Shown here piece by piece: positions 1-11,537 of a stretch of 42,444 nucleotides of DNA. Under the pieces are notes generated by a model, which saw only the letters and a program-made list of their open reading frames with translations, had not been told where the DNA came from and did no database searches. The stretch comes from Oopsacas minuta. Taxonomy: Eukaryota; Animalia; Porifera. The stretch lies in NCBI GenBank assembly GCA_024704765.1, contig JAKMXF010000077.1:219001-261444 (forward strand), written 5' to 3'. Position 1 is the stretch's first letter. Every line of letters begins with the position of its first letter. The translations under genes and the position numbers were made by a program.

Positions 1-97
1 CGTATGAACCCTTGCTTTCTCTTTCCCTCTCTCTCCATGCCAATCTGTCAAATCTCCTCTCTCCTACCTCTCTCTGGATCTCCTCCTCATTCCTGAC

Positions 98-148
98 GGT
101 GCAGCTACCAATTGAAGTGGACAGTGGTCGAGATGTGGTAGCTGCACC
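98..148. repeat. Small perfect inverted repeat (13-bp stem, 25-nt loop)
   Basis: GGTGCAGCTACCA at 98-110 and its exact reverse complement TGGTAGCTGCACC at 136-148. Confidence 0.85.
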
Positions 149-721
149 CAAGTAGAATATAGTTTAGTTTTTAGTTTCTATTTGTTTTGTTTAGTTTCCT
201 ATTGTTATCAGATAAATGTTTAATTAATTAATTATATTTCTTACAAGTTACTTATTAATAATACAAGTAGTCATATTTAAACTGGGAAACTAGGATTTAT
301 AAAGAGCTTTGGTTCAGTAATCTCAACAAAAGCAATGAAAATTAAACTTAAAACATTTCTAATTGGCCATCTGTACATTGGCTTAGTCAGGCCTGGTTTC
401 CCCCTAATAGCGTGATCGTAAACCGCAAGCGGAACTCCCTCGTTTATATAAAATATTTCGAACATAAATAAAGCAAACATTACAATACGCAGCTTGGTTG
501 AATCGTATGTGGTTCCGGTGGGTGGTATACATATATAATCAATAAACAATGTTTTTAGTCAAAAGGGGCAAAACCAACACAGGGCGTGCTGCACAGCACT
601 TCGATAACCGTGCACATCTAGATCTCATTGAGAGTATACATGCCAAATCTGGTCTTAACCCCTCCAAAGTCCAAAGGTGTGAACAAGGAAGTAATTTCAA
701 GTGAACACACACATATATATA

Positions 722-1566
722 NNNNNNNNNNNNNNNNNNNNNNNNNNNNNNNNNNNNNNNNNNNNNNNNNNNNNNNNNNNNNNNNNNNNNNNNNNNNNNN
801 NNNNNNNNNNNNNNNNNNNNNNNNNNNNNNNNNNNNNNNNNNNNNNNNNNNNNNNNNNNNNNNNNNNNNNNNNNNNNNNNNNNNNNNNNNNNNNNNNNNN
901 NNNNNNNNNNNNNNNNNNNNNNNNNNNNNNNNNNNNNNNNNNNNNNNNNNNNNNNNNNNNNNNNNNNNNNNNNNNNNNNNNNNNNNNNNNNNNNNNNNNN
1001 NNNNNNNNNNNNNNNNNNNNNNNNNNNNNNNNNNNNNNNNNNNNNNNNNNNNNNNNNNNNNNNNNNNNNNNNNNNNNNNNNNNNNNNNNNNNNNNNNNNN
1101 NNNNNNNNNNNNNNNNNNNNNNNNNNNNNNNNNNNNNNNNNNNNNNNNNNNNNNNNNNNNNNNNNNNNNNNNNNNNNNNNNNNNNNNNNNNNNNNNNNNN
1201 NNNNNNNNNNNNNNNNNNNNNNNNNNNNNNNNNNNNNNNNNNNNNNNNNNNNNNNNNNNNNNNNNNNNNNNNNNNNNNNNNNNNNNNNNNNNNNNNNNNN
1301 NNNNNNNNNNNNNNNNNNNNNNNNNNNNNNNNNNNNNNNNNNNNNNNNNNNNNNNNNNNNNNNNNNNNNNNNNNNNNNNNNNNNNNNNNNNNNNNNNNNN
1401 NNNNNNNNNNNNNNNNNNNNNNNNNNNNNNNNNNNNNNNNNNNNNNNNNNNNNNNNNNNNNNNNNNNNNNNNNNNNNNNNNNNNNNNNNNNNNNNNNNNN
1501 NNNNNNNNNNNNNNNNNNNNNNNNNNNNNNNNNNNNNNNNNNNNNNNNNNNNNNNNNNNNNNNNNN
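722..1566. other. Assembly gap (845 N)
   Basis: Run of N. The ORFs listed across 618-1712 are artefacts of this gap. Confidence 1.
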
Positions 1567-2740
1567 ATTTGCATCAGGATACTGCAATGAAGAACATTAT
1601 ACTGTTTTATCTGAACCGGGGAATTAGGATGTTGGCCATATAACACCAAGTTCTGGTAAAGCCAAAGATATAGCAAGGGAGTTGACTGATCTTTGCAGAG
1701 AGTGTAGTTCAAATTAAATGGCGGTTGGAGCTGATGGAGTTCGTGTTAACACTGGAATCTACAATGGGCGTATTAGATTACTTGAACTAGAGTTCGCAAA
1801 ACCACTCCACTGGTTTATTTGCCAATTACATGGTAATGAACTTCCATTGAGGCATCTCTTTCAAATAATTGATGGAAAACCAGCGGACCCAATTCTTTTA
1901 AAGGAGTAATTGGTAAAGAACTTAATTGTGATTTTACTTGCAAACCAATTGCAGCGTATCATCTTTTTTGCGGTAAAACTCAATTTATTGATTGCGATAT
2001 TCTCAAGAATTTAAATAAGATCAGAAATATCTATATAATATCTGTCATGCAGTTCAGACTGGAATTTGCTCATCTGAACTGGCATCGATGCAACCTGGTC
2101 GTACATTTCTACGATACATCCTACACCTGAATTATCCCGAATTATCAATTTTGTTGTCAATTATTATGTACCAGTATGGTTTAGAATCAAGAGTAACACG
2201 ATTTGCACAGATGGACCTAAAAATATGTTTTTTACGATATCTTTGCTGCGAGATCTATCGGAGTCTGACCAAGAAGTAATTTGCGATGTGATACATAGAA
2301 ACTCATATTTTTGTCATCCAGAAAATCTCCTGTTATCGATGCTTGCAGATAATGATGAACAAATTAGACAAAAGGCTGTGAAGATTATTTTAGATATCCG
2401 AATTAACAGTTCATCATTTAGACGGATTGAAATTCGCCCATTTAATCTTCTTTCAATAAGGTTCACTGCTGAAACATATGTGGATATGATTGATTTGGAA
2501 ACCTTTTTTTGTCACAGAACCTCCTTACAAGATATCTCTCAAAAGAAGTACTAATTAATTGTGTACGTGCGCCACTAGAAATTCCACCATATCCATTCTA
2601 TACACAAGCTGTTGAAAGAACTATTCAATTAGTCACTAAAAGTTTGTGTTCAGTAACAGGAGAAGATGCGAGACATGGATTAATTCTTTCAACCCTAACA
2701 TCAAGAGAAAAAATGCCCGCATTTGAGTCAAAGAAAGATT
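1567..2740 (+). pseudogene. hAT-superfamily (hATm-like) transposase pseudogene, C-terminal part
   Basis: Frameshifted pieces read EEHYTVLSEPG...GHITPSSGKA, AVGADGVRVNTG...LELEFAKPLHWFICQLHGNELPLRHLF, HRNSYFCHPENLLLSML and PYPFYTQAVERTIQLVT...SREKMPAFESKKD. These match the CDGTxxNTG / CxLHxNELPxRHL / PCHTQAVER motifs of this family. Multiple stops and frameshifts. Confidence 0.75.
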
Positions 2741-2741
2741 N

Positions 2742-2786
2742 GAACATTTTGTCGTGGAACATTTTGTCGTGGAACGTTTTGTCGGA
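2742..2786 (+). repeat. Tandem 15-mer x3 (GAACATTTTGTCGTG)
   Basis: Units at 2742-2756, 2757-2771 and a variant at 2772-2786, immediately after a single N at 2741. Confidence 0.9.
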
Positions 2787-3682
2787 CTTCCCTTGTTGGA
2801 ATATGAACGGCTGGTTTCAAACATCATCTCACCAAGATCTTTCACAATGGGCTGTAAAATGAGCTCCTTACATGTTGCAGCATTTATTTTGACCCCTGCA
2901 GGGACGAAAACCAGTGGTGTTCGGCCAACAGAAGATACTCTGGCCCAAACCATCAACGAGAGTGGTTTCTGGACTCTTTTGACGTACCTGTACTCATCAG
3001 GGATAGTAGAAGTGCTTTTAGATAATATTCTATCGTTTTGACGATTGAATGCTTGTTCAACGGTGAAGTGTTTTTCATCGGAGAAAAGGACTTGATCCAG
3101 TCCCTCGGCTGCGAATCGTATATGGAGAATTTTGCTTCTTGAGAGCCTCTTTGTCTTTATTTTGTTTGAAAGGAAATGGACTTTCCTTTTCTTAAACGAA
3201 GATAGCCCTAAGTCTCTCTTGTCAATCGTTTGAAGAGATCCACGGGATATTTTCAGTTCTTTGGCCATTTTTCTTATCGATCGCTGAGGATTTCGCCACA
3301 CTCGACTCCGCACTACCTTTCGCATCTTTACGGTTGTGATGGAGACCGGGTGACCAGTTCTGGCTCTGTCCTGATCACGCCACCAGTCTCATTGAAGCCT
3401 TTTATCGTATGGATTACAAAATTCCGACGTGTCTGTAGAATCTTTGAAAAGTTTCATTATTTCCTTCCGTTTTTTCCCTTTCTGAGATAATTCAACAATC
3501 GCCGGCCGTTCTTTCTCCATAGCTGATAATTTGTTTCTGGTTTTCAAATAGTGTATTTTTCAATAAATATTGTACTGCAAGAGATAACAGAATATATACA
3601 AACCAGTAACGTCAATCAATCTAAATCATGAAAGATTTTGGCAAGATATAAAGTTATATGCCAGAACTTATTAGCCACCCTG
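2787..3682 (-). mobile_element. 3'-truncated Tc1/mariner element, maT/DD37D-like transposase remnant
   Basis: ATG at 3520, HTH region RNPQRSIRKMAKELKIS, and first-Asp motif VLFSDEKHFTVEQAFNRQNDRI...QKPLSLMVWARVS..GRTPLVFVPAGVKIN. The 5' end reads TA|CAGGGTGGCTAATAAGTTCTGG (3684-3661). The third catalytic Asp is missing, so the subfamily is inferred from motif style. Confidence 0.8.
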
Positions 3683-3989
3683 TACATGAATATAGAATTC
3701 ACAGAAGTGAATATGGAATTCCAAATCTTCACACCCGCACACCTTCACCTGACACAAGAATAATCCTCTGACTCATCTAAACCTACACAAATAACATGAT
3801 ACTATACCACTTTAACATACATCACAACCTATCCACTATACTACATCATTTTTTAATACAATCTTTAGCCGTCAAAAATAACCTCTAACTCATCTCTGCC
3901 ACATGTTCCACATCTTTCATCCTGTGACGAAGTAGGGACACTCGATGTGTCTGCGCCCTCTTCCTCCCCTTCATCCACACGGTCGCCCA

Positions 3990-4510
3990 AACTAGTTTCA
4001 CTAAATTTCCCACTTTCATAACCCTTACAGTGTTTACGTGCGCTCGCTATATTTTTGATACGATTTCGAATTCAGGAACAGTAACTTTTCGTTTGCTTCT
4101 CCTTAGCCTTATAACTGGACTCGACTCGCACCTTATCAAATATTGTGAAAATATTCCTATGATTGTGATGAAATTTATTTGGAGAAGCTAATGCTACTAA
4201 CACTGTGTACCTCACATTATACCATATAACTCCTGATCATGGTGGGCAAATATACATGTAAAACCTAATTATGATTACTTGCTTGACCATTAGCAATTTG
4301 ACTTACTAAGAATTCTTTATCATAATTATATTTACGAAATACACTTTGAACTAATTCTAAAGCGTCTACGCTTTGACGATTGGGGTGAACTGGGTGATCT
4401 ACTCCTGCGATCGCATGTTTGTATCGGCACCACGACTCTACGCATTTCGGACAGAACATATGATTTTCAGATGCATATTCCCTATTAGCGCATAGATGCA
4501 ACGTAATCGC
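3990..4510 (-). pseudogene. Kolobok-type ('Mutator-like') transposase C-terminal remnant
   Basis: AITLHLC...ENHMFCPKCVESWCRYKHAIA resembles the HxxCPxGxxSWCxY motif. A downstream YESGKF resembles the typical C-terminal YxxGxF. Confidence 0.55.
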
Positions 4511-4519
4511 CGTTATTAC

Positions 4520-4735
4520 TTGAGAACATGTTGTATTCTACGCCTCAACAAGCTCGTCACTCTGTGGGTGGTAAGCAGTTGTCTTACGTTTGTCAACTTT
4601 TAGATTGTGGTGAAAATTCTGAAACCCATAAATTGGGGGCAGATAATTCTTGAATTTTGTTATTTTAGTACTGTGATAGCTATAGTAGAACATCTAATCC
4701 GACACTATTTCCATATCGCGACGAATGTCGGATCA
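4520..4735 (-). pseudogene. Gypsy-like integrase core fragment
   Basis: Reads HNLKVDKRKTTAYHPQSDELVEA*NTT, matching the TTxYHPQSDGxVERxN motif at 4556-4582, with SRYG upstream. Confidence 0.7.
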
Positions 4736-4849
4736 TCTGTAGGTTCCACCCTGTATTAGTTAATAAGGTTGAATTCGAATTTCGTAATTCTGAAATATGG
4801 TAATATAACTCTGTATTTATTGTGGTTATCGAAAATATATTTATCGAGA

Positions 4850-5232
4850 CTTGCTCTGAAAAGCTGCATGTAGGTTGATGCTGTTTGCACTATAAATATA
4901 TATTCTAAACATATGTGTTATACTTTTGTTGTCGTGTTGAAAAATGCTAAATTGACCTCTGGAAGCGACCGACTGCGCCCAGCCTAGTCCAATTTAGTTA
5001 ATTAAATACCCATAGCGTACTTGTAATTAGAAAGGTAATACACTTTGCTGACAAACTTACGTCCTTGATCATGTTGAATTATCTGAGGCCCTTCTTAGCG
5101 TAAAAAATATGATCTTCAGGTGAGTCAATACCTCTCGACTTGTCTTGGTTTTCAATGGACGTACTGCACCGAATTTTGACAAATAACTTGTGGTGACCAA
5201 ATGATGTTTATACCCTTCAGTATTCTCCTGCA

Positions 5233-5235
<3 letters not shown>
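4850..5235 (-). pseudogene. Gypsy/Ginger-like integrase core, downstream part (copy B)
   Basis: ENTEGYKHHLVTTSYLSKFGAVRPLKTKTSREVLTHL, then (frameshift) GPQIIQHDQGRKFV, then GQ..FNTTTK. It begins exactly at the LINE tail. Confidence 0.7.
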
Positions 5236-5264
<29 letters not shown>

Positions 5265-5268
5265 TAAT
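5233..5268 (+). repeat. (AAT)10 microsatellite, the 3' tandem tail of the LINE
   Basis: Ten AAT units plus GATAAT. On the minus strand they follow ...GGGCGCATAATAAGAAC..., the position of L2-type (TTA/ATT)n tails. Confidence 0.85.
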
Positions 5269-7740
5269 ATTACAAGTTCTTATTATGCGCCCAATACATA
5301 GCGACTCTGGGCACTGTACAGAGTTTAAGTACTGTAAAAAGTAACTGAATGCTTCTAAATCAAACGAAGAAGTGTCGGGAACTGTTTATTAAAAGTTATA
5401 ATATTTTTGGTCATTCTAATTGTAATTGGTAGCTTATTCCAGAGTTGAGGTGCTACAATCTAAAATGCACTATTACCATAACTACATTTCGCAGATCTTG
5501 GGTGTCTTAGAACAGGTGCTGGCGGTCCATCGATATTGAATTGCTTCCAAGAGTCCCCCTTTGCTGTTCAAATTGTATGAGTTCAGTGAAATGAGGAGGA
5601 CTCAGACCATTGATCACTTTGAAAGATAGAAACAGTACTTTGAACTGAATCGTTTTAAAGATCGGTTACAAATGTAACTCAACTAAGAGAGGTGTCATAT
5701 GATACCGTTTCTTTGCACACATTATTAGTCATGCTGCAGGGTTCTGAACTTGTTGAAGTTTATTCAACAAATTAGCTGGTAGTCCTAATAGAACGCATTA
5801 TAATAGTCTAGCCTTGATGTTATATTTGCACTAACAAGTTTCTTGGATGTTTGTTTATCTAAATACAGTCATATTCTTCCAATGGCTCTCATTTTAAGTA
5901 TCGCCAAACTACAAGTCCTATCCAATTGAGGTCTACAGTCATGCGAACAACAAGGACTATACCCATACTGGTCGTAGAATTCTTCAAAAAGCTACAGTTT
6001 CATCAAATTTAATAGATCGATTGAATTCTAGATGGAATCTAGCTAAATCGAGATTTGCAATGAACAATATCAGTCTTTGTTGGGTTGCATTTGAGTAGAT
6101 TCGTTGAGTACCAGGTCTTGAGATCATTAGACAATTTCCAATATGTTCAATAGTAGATATCGGATTAGAATCCCTACGAAGAAGATATAGTTGAGTGTCA
6201 TCAGCAATAGATATCGCACTCAAACAATGTTTTCTGATTATTCTTTCCAAGGGCGCCACATATAAGGAGAATAATAGGGGCCCGAGAACAGACCCTTTAG
6301 GTACACCCCATTGCGCTTATAGAAAGGAGATGAATTATCAGATAATTTAATACTTTGTTTACAATCTAAGATAATGTTATACATTTAAGGAGATTACCTA
6401 TAAAGCCAAATTCTTTTTTATTAGTGAAAGCAATATATTATGATCGATAGTGTCAAATGCTACCGAAGATCCAGCATCACCAGTAGTACTTCAAGCCTGC
6501 TTCACAGAGTGGTAGGGATAGCGCCCAGACTATATTATTTTTGCAGTAAATTTCAGTATGAATTTCTTTATATCCTCACTACTAAGAGCTATAAAAATCC
6601 TAATGTAGATAAACATTGAAATTGATCGACTTTTAAGGAGTGGAGTTTAGTACAAACTCACTCGTCTCTAAGATTTGGGATCTATTCTATGAAATAGTTA
6701 ACAAATTTGGTAGGGAGTTCAGTAACTGGATATGATAAGGGTAGAGTAGGCTTCTGTATGGCATAAGATTTTGATAACCAGAAAAAAGTAATTTGGATCA
6801 GCATTGAGTACCTTAGACCTGAAAATATCTTTTTCTTCTCACTAATAAGTTTCCTTACGTCGTACACTTTTCTCGATAGATCTGCTTATGCACAGCCAGC
6901 TTAGACTTTAAATATGTTCTGTCGCACTTGAGCTTCTCTCTTTTATGTTCTTTTGTTTCTTCATCTTACCAGGGAGATTGTGGCCGATGTTTGATTATAA
7001 GGGTGGTAAGTGGAGCATGCTTGTCTAACATAAGACAAACTAAATTCGTAGAGCTAGAGAGTTAACATCTACATTATAGCTTATGACGGCTAGGGAAGAT
7101 TTTGATAGGTCAGCAGAAAATGAGTCAATCATTATCTTCTTTACCTATTTCAAAGTTGTTGTAAATTTTCTTCGTGGAGGCGGGGATTTCAAGCTTATTT
7201 AATATAATATAGATGATATGAAAATTGTCACGGAAAACTTTGTTATGTGTCCTCCGAGATTTCTTCACTTGTTATGACCAGGTACAAGATGTGGTTTATA
7301 TTTTGAGTAACCGATTTATATGTTGAATGAGATTGAAGGTGGATAGGAGATCATTAATTCTCCGTATATCATAATCAGAGTCATCTTCAAAGTGGAAATT
7401 CAAATCTACTAGGATTACAATCTCATTACATGAAGACATCCCCAAGATAATAACTAAATTCAGTGATATATTGAGTGACAGTTAGTTTATTTTCTTTGAG
7501 ATTGGAGGTCTGTAGGCAAATAGTACATCTAAACATCCAAATAGGGATGTTAGTCACCGAATATTCCTTGAACAGGAATTCTTTCGTTATAATGAGTTAA
7601 AAAATATCCACCTTTAGACAGACGGGGGGGTATGGATAATACTAAGTCACAAATTAAGGCAAACTTGTTTGTTATTGAGCGGGAATTTCATAGAGCAAGA
7701 GTTATTTCTCCCTTAGCACTGTTTGCTAACAATTGAATAT
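5236..7740 (-). mobile_element. L2/CR1-group non-LTR retrotransposon, degraded ORF2 (APE endonuclease + RT)
   Basis: Endonuclease motifs NSRSITNK (~7690), AYRPP (~7510) and LYLVIT. RT motifs VMLDL..AFDTIDHNILL (~6440-6490), [20 protein letters not shown] (~6255-6310) and ADDTQLY (~6190). Tandem tail present. Many stops and frameshifts. Confidence 0.9.
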
Positions 7741-7749
7741 GTACAAGAT

Positions 7750-8230
7750 TTGAGCATGTTAAATAATCAGAGGCACTCCAAGGGTAAATATATGCTCTCC
7801 TGCTGAGTCAATACATCTTAATTGTCCTCAGTTTTCAATGAGCGAACTGCACAGAATTTTGACAAATAACAAGTTGTGACCAAAAGATGTTAATGCCCTT
7901 CAGTATTCTCCTGCAAATCACAGATCAGATCAACACCGATGTGTTCCCAGGGCTGGTTAGGTGAAGGATTAGGTCGCAGATTCATTGAAGCTCAGGTTGT
8001 AATGCAACAGTCAATTGACAATTGCGACAAAATTGGACCTAATGAGAAAAGAAATATTACGTAATCTACAATCATATGAATGATGTGATGTACAAGTGTT
8101 GCATACCACAGTTAATTTAAAAATCTTCAATAATTATCTTGCAAAAATAAGCATTTCATGGATCAATTCTCAAAAAGATGAATAATATTTTGAATTCTGC
8201 TTGGTTAGTCCAGAAATCACCTAATGACAC
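7750..8230 (-). pseudogene. Gypsy/Ginger-like integrase, N-terminal part (copy A)
   Basis: CRNCQ (zinc-binding CxxC), then PNPSPNQPWEHIGVDLICDLQENTEGH*HLLVTTCYLSKFCAVRSLKT, which includes the first catalytic Asp motif. Confidence 0.75.
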
Positions 8231-9758
8231 ATGGTAAATGTATTTTGTAGAATACTGAATAATTTTTTAGTTATTTCACTAAGCACAATGATATTCGAGC
8301 GGGACTGTAATACTGGCTCGCTTCGCAATTCTAGCCAAGAGCAGCAAATGCAAACTCTTATTATTTAGTAACTGTGTGTCTGTTTTTAACTGAATAGGTT
8401 GAATACTTGAATAAGTACGTTTTTGGAAAAGTAAAATACCTAAAATACTGGACAAGGTCATTGTGTTCTAGAATCATCATAAAATTACCATGGAAAGTTA
8501 GTTTTCCTCTTCGATAACATATCGTGAAGCCTTCACACAACAGTTGTTTTTGGCGTGACACTATTTACATTAAGAGCAAGAAAAAGCGTTAAAGAAACCG
8601 ATAAGTAAGGGTTAAAATCTCACACTAGCGCAATATCGATGACTCATCATAATTAATAAGGAGTTAACCTCCTGATGAAAAACAATCTATAGTCTACCAA
8701 TACTGATGAGTTAAAATCACACGCAACAGATCTAATATTTAACTTTAATGTAGGTAAAATTGTAGTAGATATGGTAACTATGTTTCGGAATGTTCAAAAT
8801 ATTGTACCGATTTCAAATGTGGAGAAATATATTTTGATATAATGCATAAGTTGGCAACGTTTTCATCGTTTGCACAACTTTCGGAAAATGTCCCCCCAAT
8901 ATTCTATCGTATTGTTTTTATGTTTTTCACTATTCCGGACGAATTATTTGCAAATTGGAGAGCACTGTTCGGATTAACAAAGATGTCCTGTATTTGAGTT
9001 AGTTTAGTACTATTTCAGCGGATATTTTTAGGTGTAGGAATACTTTTGTTAGAAGAGGGATAAAACTCTCATCCGGATATGGAATATGCGAGTACGTGTG
9101 AGAAATCAAGTGGATAATAAATAGGTATATCTCCATTTGGTGTTATTATATAATAACTTTTCATAGAGACCACTCAAAGAACTGGCCAAAAGCGGCCTTA
9201 TGTACAAGTAGCCTCTATAGTACTTGGCATAAAGGTAGATGGGTAATGAAAATTGAACAATTAGTCAATATTAGGTGAAATGGTGGCTGCTAAACAAGGT
9301 TCTACGCTATGTAAGATGCATTCTTCCAAAATAAGTTTAAGGATGCAAGGATTCTGTGATCCCGCACGGCATGGAAACCTCCATTTCGCAGGGATATTCG
9401 TAAAATAGGAACAACCACTGACATGTTTTCATTGCACCAAGGATGGTATTGGCATCCTTTTAGACTATATGATCCACACATGTAAACTATTTAAGATATG
9501 CCCCGTAAATGTATTACTAGCATATGTATATATATACGGTAACGGCGTACACGCTTGCCTTCTCAAACTTTGCTATGTCACCATTTGATTACGTAATTAG
9601 TTATTTTTGGATGATTCTGGAGTAGTTTTGAGGGTGTGTTTTATCCCTGATTTTTGATAATTACATGATATCATGATATCATGTAGTTGTTTGGAAAACA
9701 AGAGGAAAATTTGAGGAATGCTGATACATTCCTGTGTTGCTATGCAAATGTAAATGTA

Positions 9759-10063
9759 CAGATTCTAGTAATATCTGGAAGAATATTGATCATAGACCTA
9801 TTACTTTAAGCACTAGCTTATCCGCAATAGGCGACTTTCTATTCATGAATAATACACTTTTTGCTCCTAACTCGTATGGATAACAAGTTATTACATCATA
9901 TATAGTTATTGAGCATATTTAGTAAGTGGATAAATACCGTATTAACCTTACGAGTTAGTTGGAAAACTGTATCATTCATGAATAAGAAGTCACCTATTTC
10001 GGATACACTACTGTCAAATGTAAAAGCCTAAGACCAATAAATTCCAAGTACAGATTGAATCTG
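9759..10063. mobile_element. MITE (~305 bp, ~125-bp imperfect TIRs)
   Basis: TATCCGCAATAGGCGACTTTCTATTCATGAAT pairs with the reverse complement of ATTCATGAATAAGAAGTCACCTATTTCGGATA. Ends are TA|CAGATTC and GAATCTG|TT. The segment is absent from the opposite arm of the host foldback. Confidence 0.65.
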
Positions 10064-10162
10064 TTGATATACTCCAACCGAGCATAAATATTTCAACAAA
10101 AACAAATATACAAATATACAACCTGGCTATACAGCGAATATTTGAATATGCGTACGAAAATA

Positions 10163-11537
10163 CCGGGTGGTTCAAAAGGTTGGAAACACTATATATATTC
10201 TCCCAACATTCCCCCAATATTTCGATGAACATCAATGTAACATATTTAATGTGTATTCTAAACCTAATTCTATATTTGCAAAGTTTAAGCATCCAGGTTC
10301 CATAGGAAGTGGTGTTTTAGAGCATCTGCTCAGGGTGCCTACCGTATACCTGCTGACATTTGCGTAGTCTCAGGATAAAATCCTGCATAACATTATGGAG
10401 AACATCTCTTTTTATGGCCCCTATCTCCTCTATGATCTTTCCTTGAGTTGGCCAATGTTCCTGGGCTTTGAGGTATAGACCCGATCCTTGAGAAACCCCA
10501 TAAAAAGTAATCTGGAGGACTCAAGTCTGGAGAAAGGAGTGGCCATTCGATCGCACACTTTTTACTGATAATCCGCGACTTGAAATGATCTTTCAACCAC
10601 TTGATTGTGATGTTCGACGTATGGGGAGTAGCTCCATCCTGCTGCAAGTACTGCCTAGTCCTTGTGCTACATGTAGCATCTAACTCCTCCCAAAACCTCT
10701 CCAAGATCACTATATATCGTTCAGAGTTCACCGTTACAGTTATCCCATTTTCATTTTCAAGAAAGAACGGTCCAATAATTTTCTTTCCTGATAGTGCTGC
10801 CTAAACAGTCACTTTTGAGGAGTGAAGTGGCTTTGTGTAACCTGAATAGGTGCTTTTGTGCCCCAATAAATGTTGTTATGCGAATTAACTTGACCGTCAA
10901 AGTGACAGTGAGCTTCATCACTTGTCCACAAGTCTGACAAGAATCCCTGGCAGTCCTCAACCTTGCGAATTAAAACGTTGACCATATCTAGTCTCCTGGT
11001 CATGTCAGCTGCTGTAAGCTTGTGGTATATCTGTATCCTGTAAAGAAACATGCCTAGATCTTGTTTCAGTACTCTGAGCATTGTGGTTCTCGAGATTTTG
11101 CAAACATTTCCAAAACTTTGTGAACGCTTTCGGGATGAATGTCTGGGAGATTGCTCCACTGACTTGCGGATTATGGCTATAACCTCCGGTGTTCGGATTG
11201 CAGGCCTCTCAGACGGGGTATGGCGCCCGTCATACTACTTGTACAGGTTCTTGACAGTCCCTTCACTCCTAAACTTCCGAACCCACTTGAAAATAGCCGA
11301 TCTGGAGGGTGTGCTATCAGTTCCGAACTGTTGTTGGTAAGTTTCATGAATTTTCAAGAAACTGGTCTTCTACAAATACAACTATACGCAAAAGGCTCGC
11401 TACTGGCATGTCCACAGCCTGGTAGTTGCTCTCCTGGGAGTACAGTTTGATATTTCTAGAATATCAAAGGGCTACAATATAAGACGGGGATGGGAAGCTC
11501 AAAAGGTAAAAGTGTTTCCAACCTTTTGAACCACCCG
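10163..11537 (-). mobile_element. Full-length rosa-type (DD41D) Tc1/mariner element, inactive
   Basis: Perfect 27-bp TIRs (10164-10190 and 11511-11537) flanked by TA. Motifs WTSDEAH..DGQVNSHN..YWG, LQQDGATPHT and WPLLSPDLSPPDYFLWG, with 41 residues counted between the 2nd and 3rd Asp. In-frame stops and frameshifts. Confidence 0.92.

Noticed and set aside
618-1712. Long ORFs of 296-364 aa in the ORF track
   Set aside because: They consist almost entirely of X from the N gap.
2636-2786. C-terminal extension of the 229-aa minus ORF (STTKCSTTKC...)
   Set aside because: It is read-through across the 15-mer repeat and the N into the antisense of the hATm-like remnant, not a real domain.
4746-4755. 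CCACCCTGTA identical to the maT terminus at 3675-3684
   Set aside because: Only 10 bp, in the same orientation, with no further TIR similarity. It cannot pair as the second TIR.
8700-9480. Coding-looking, unassigned segment
   Set aside because: No frame stays open and no motif was recognised on either strand.
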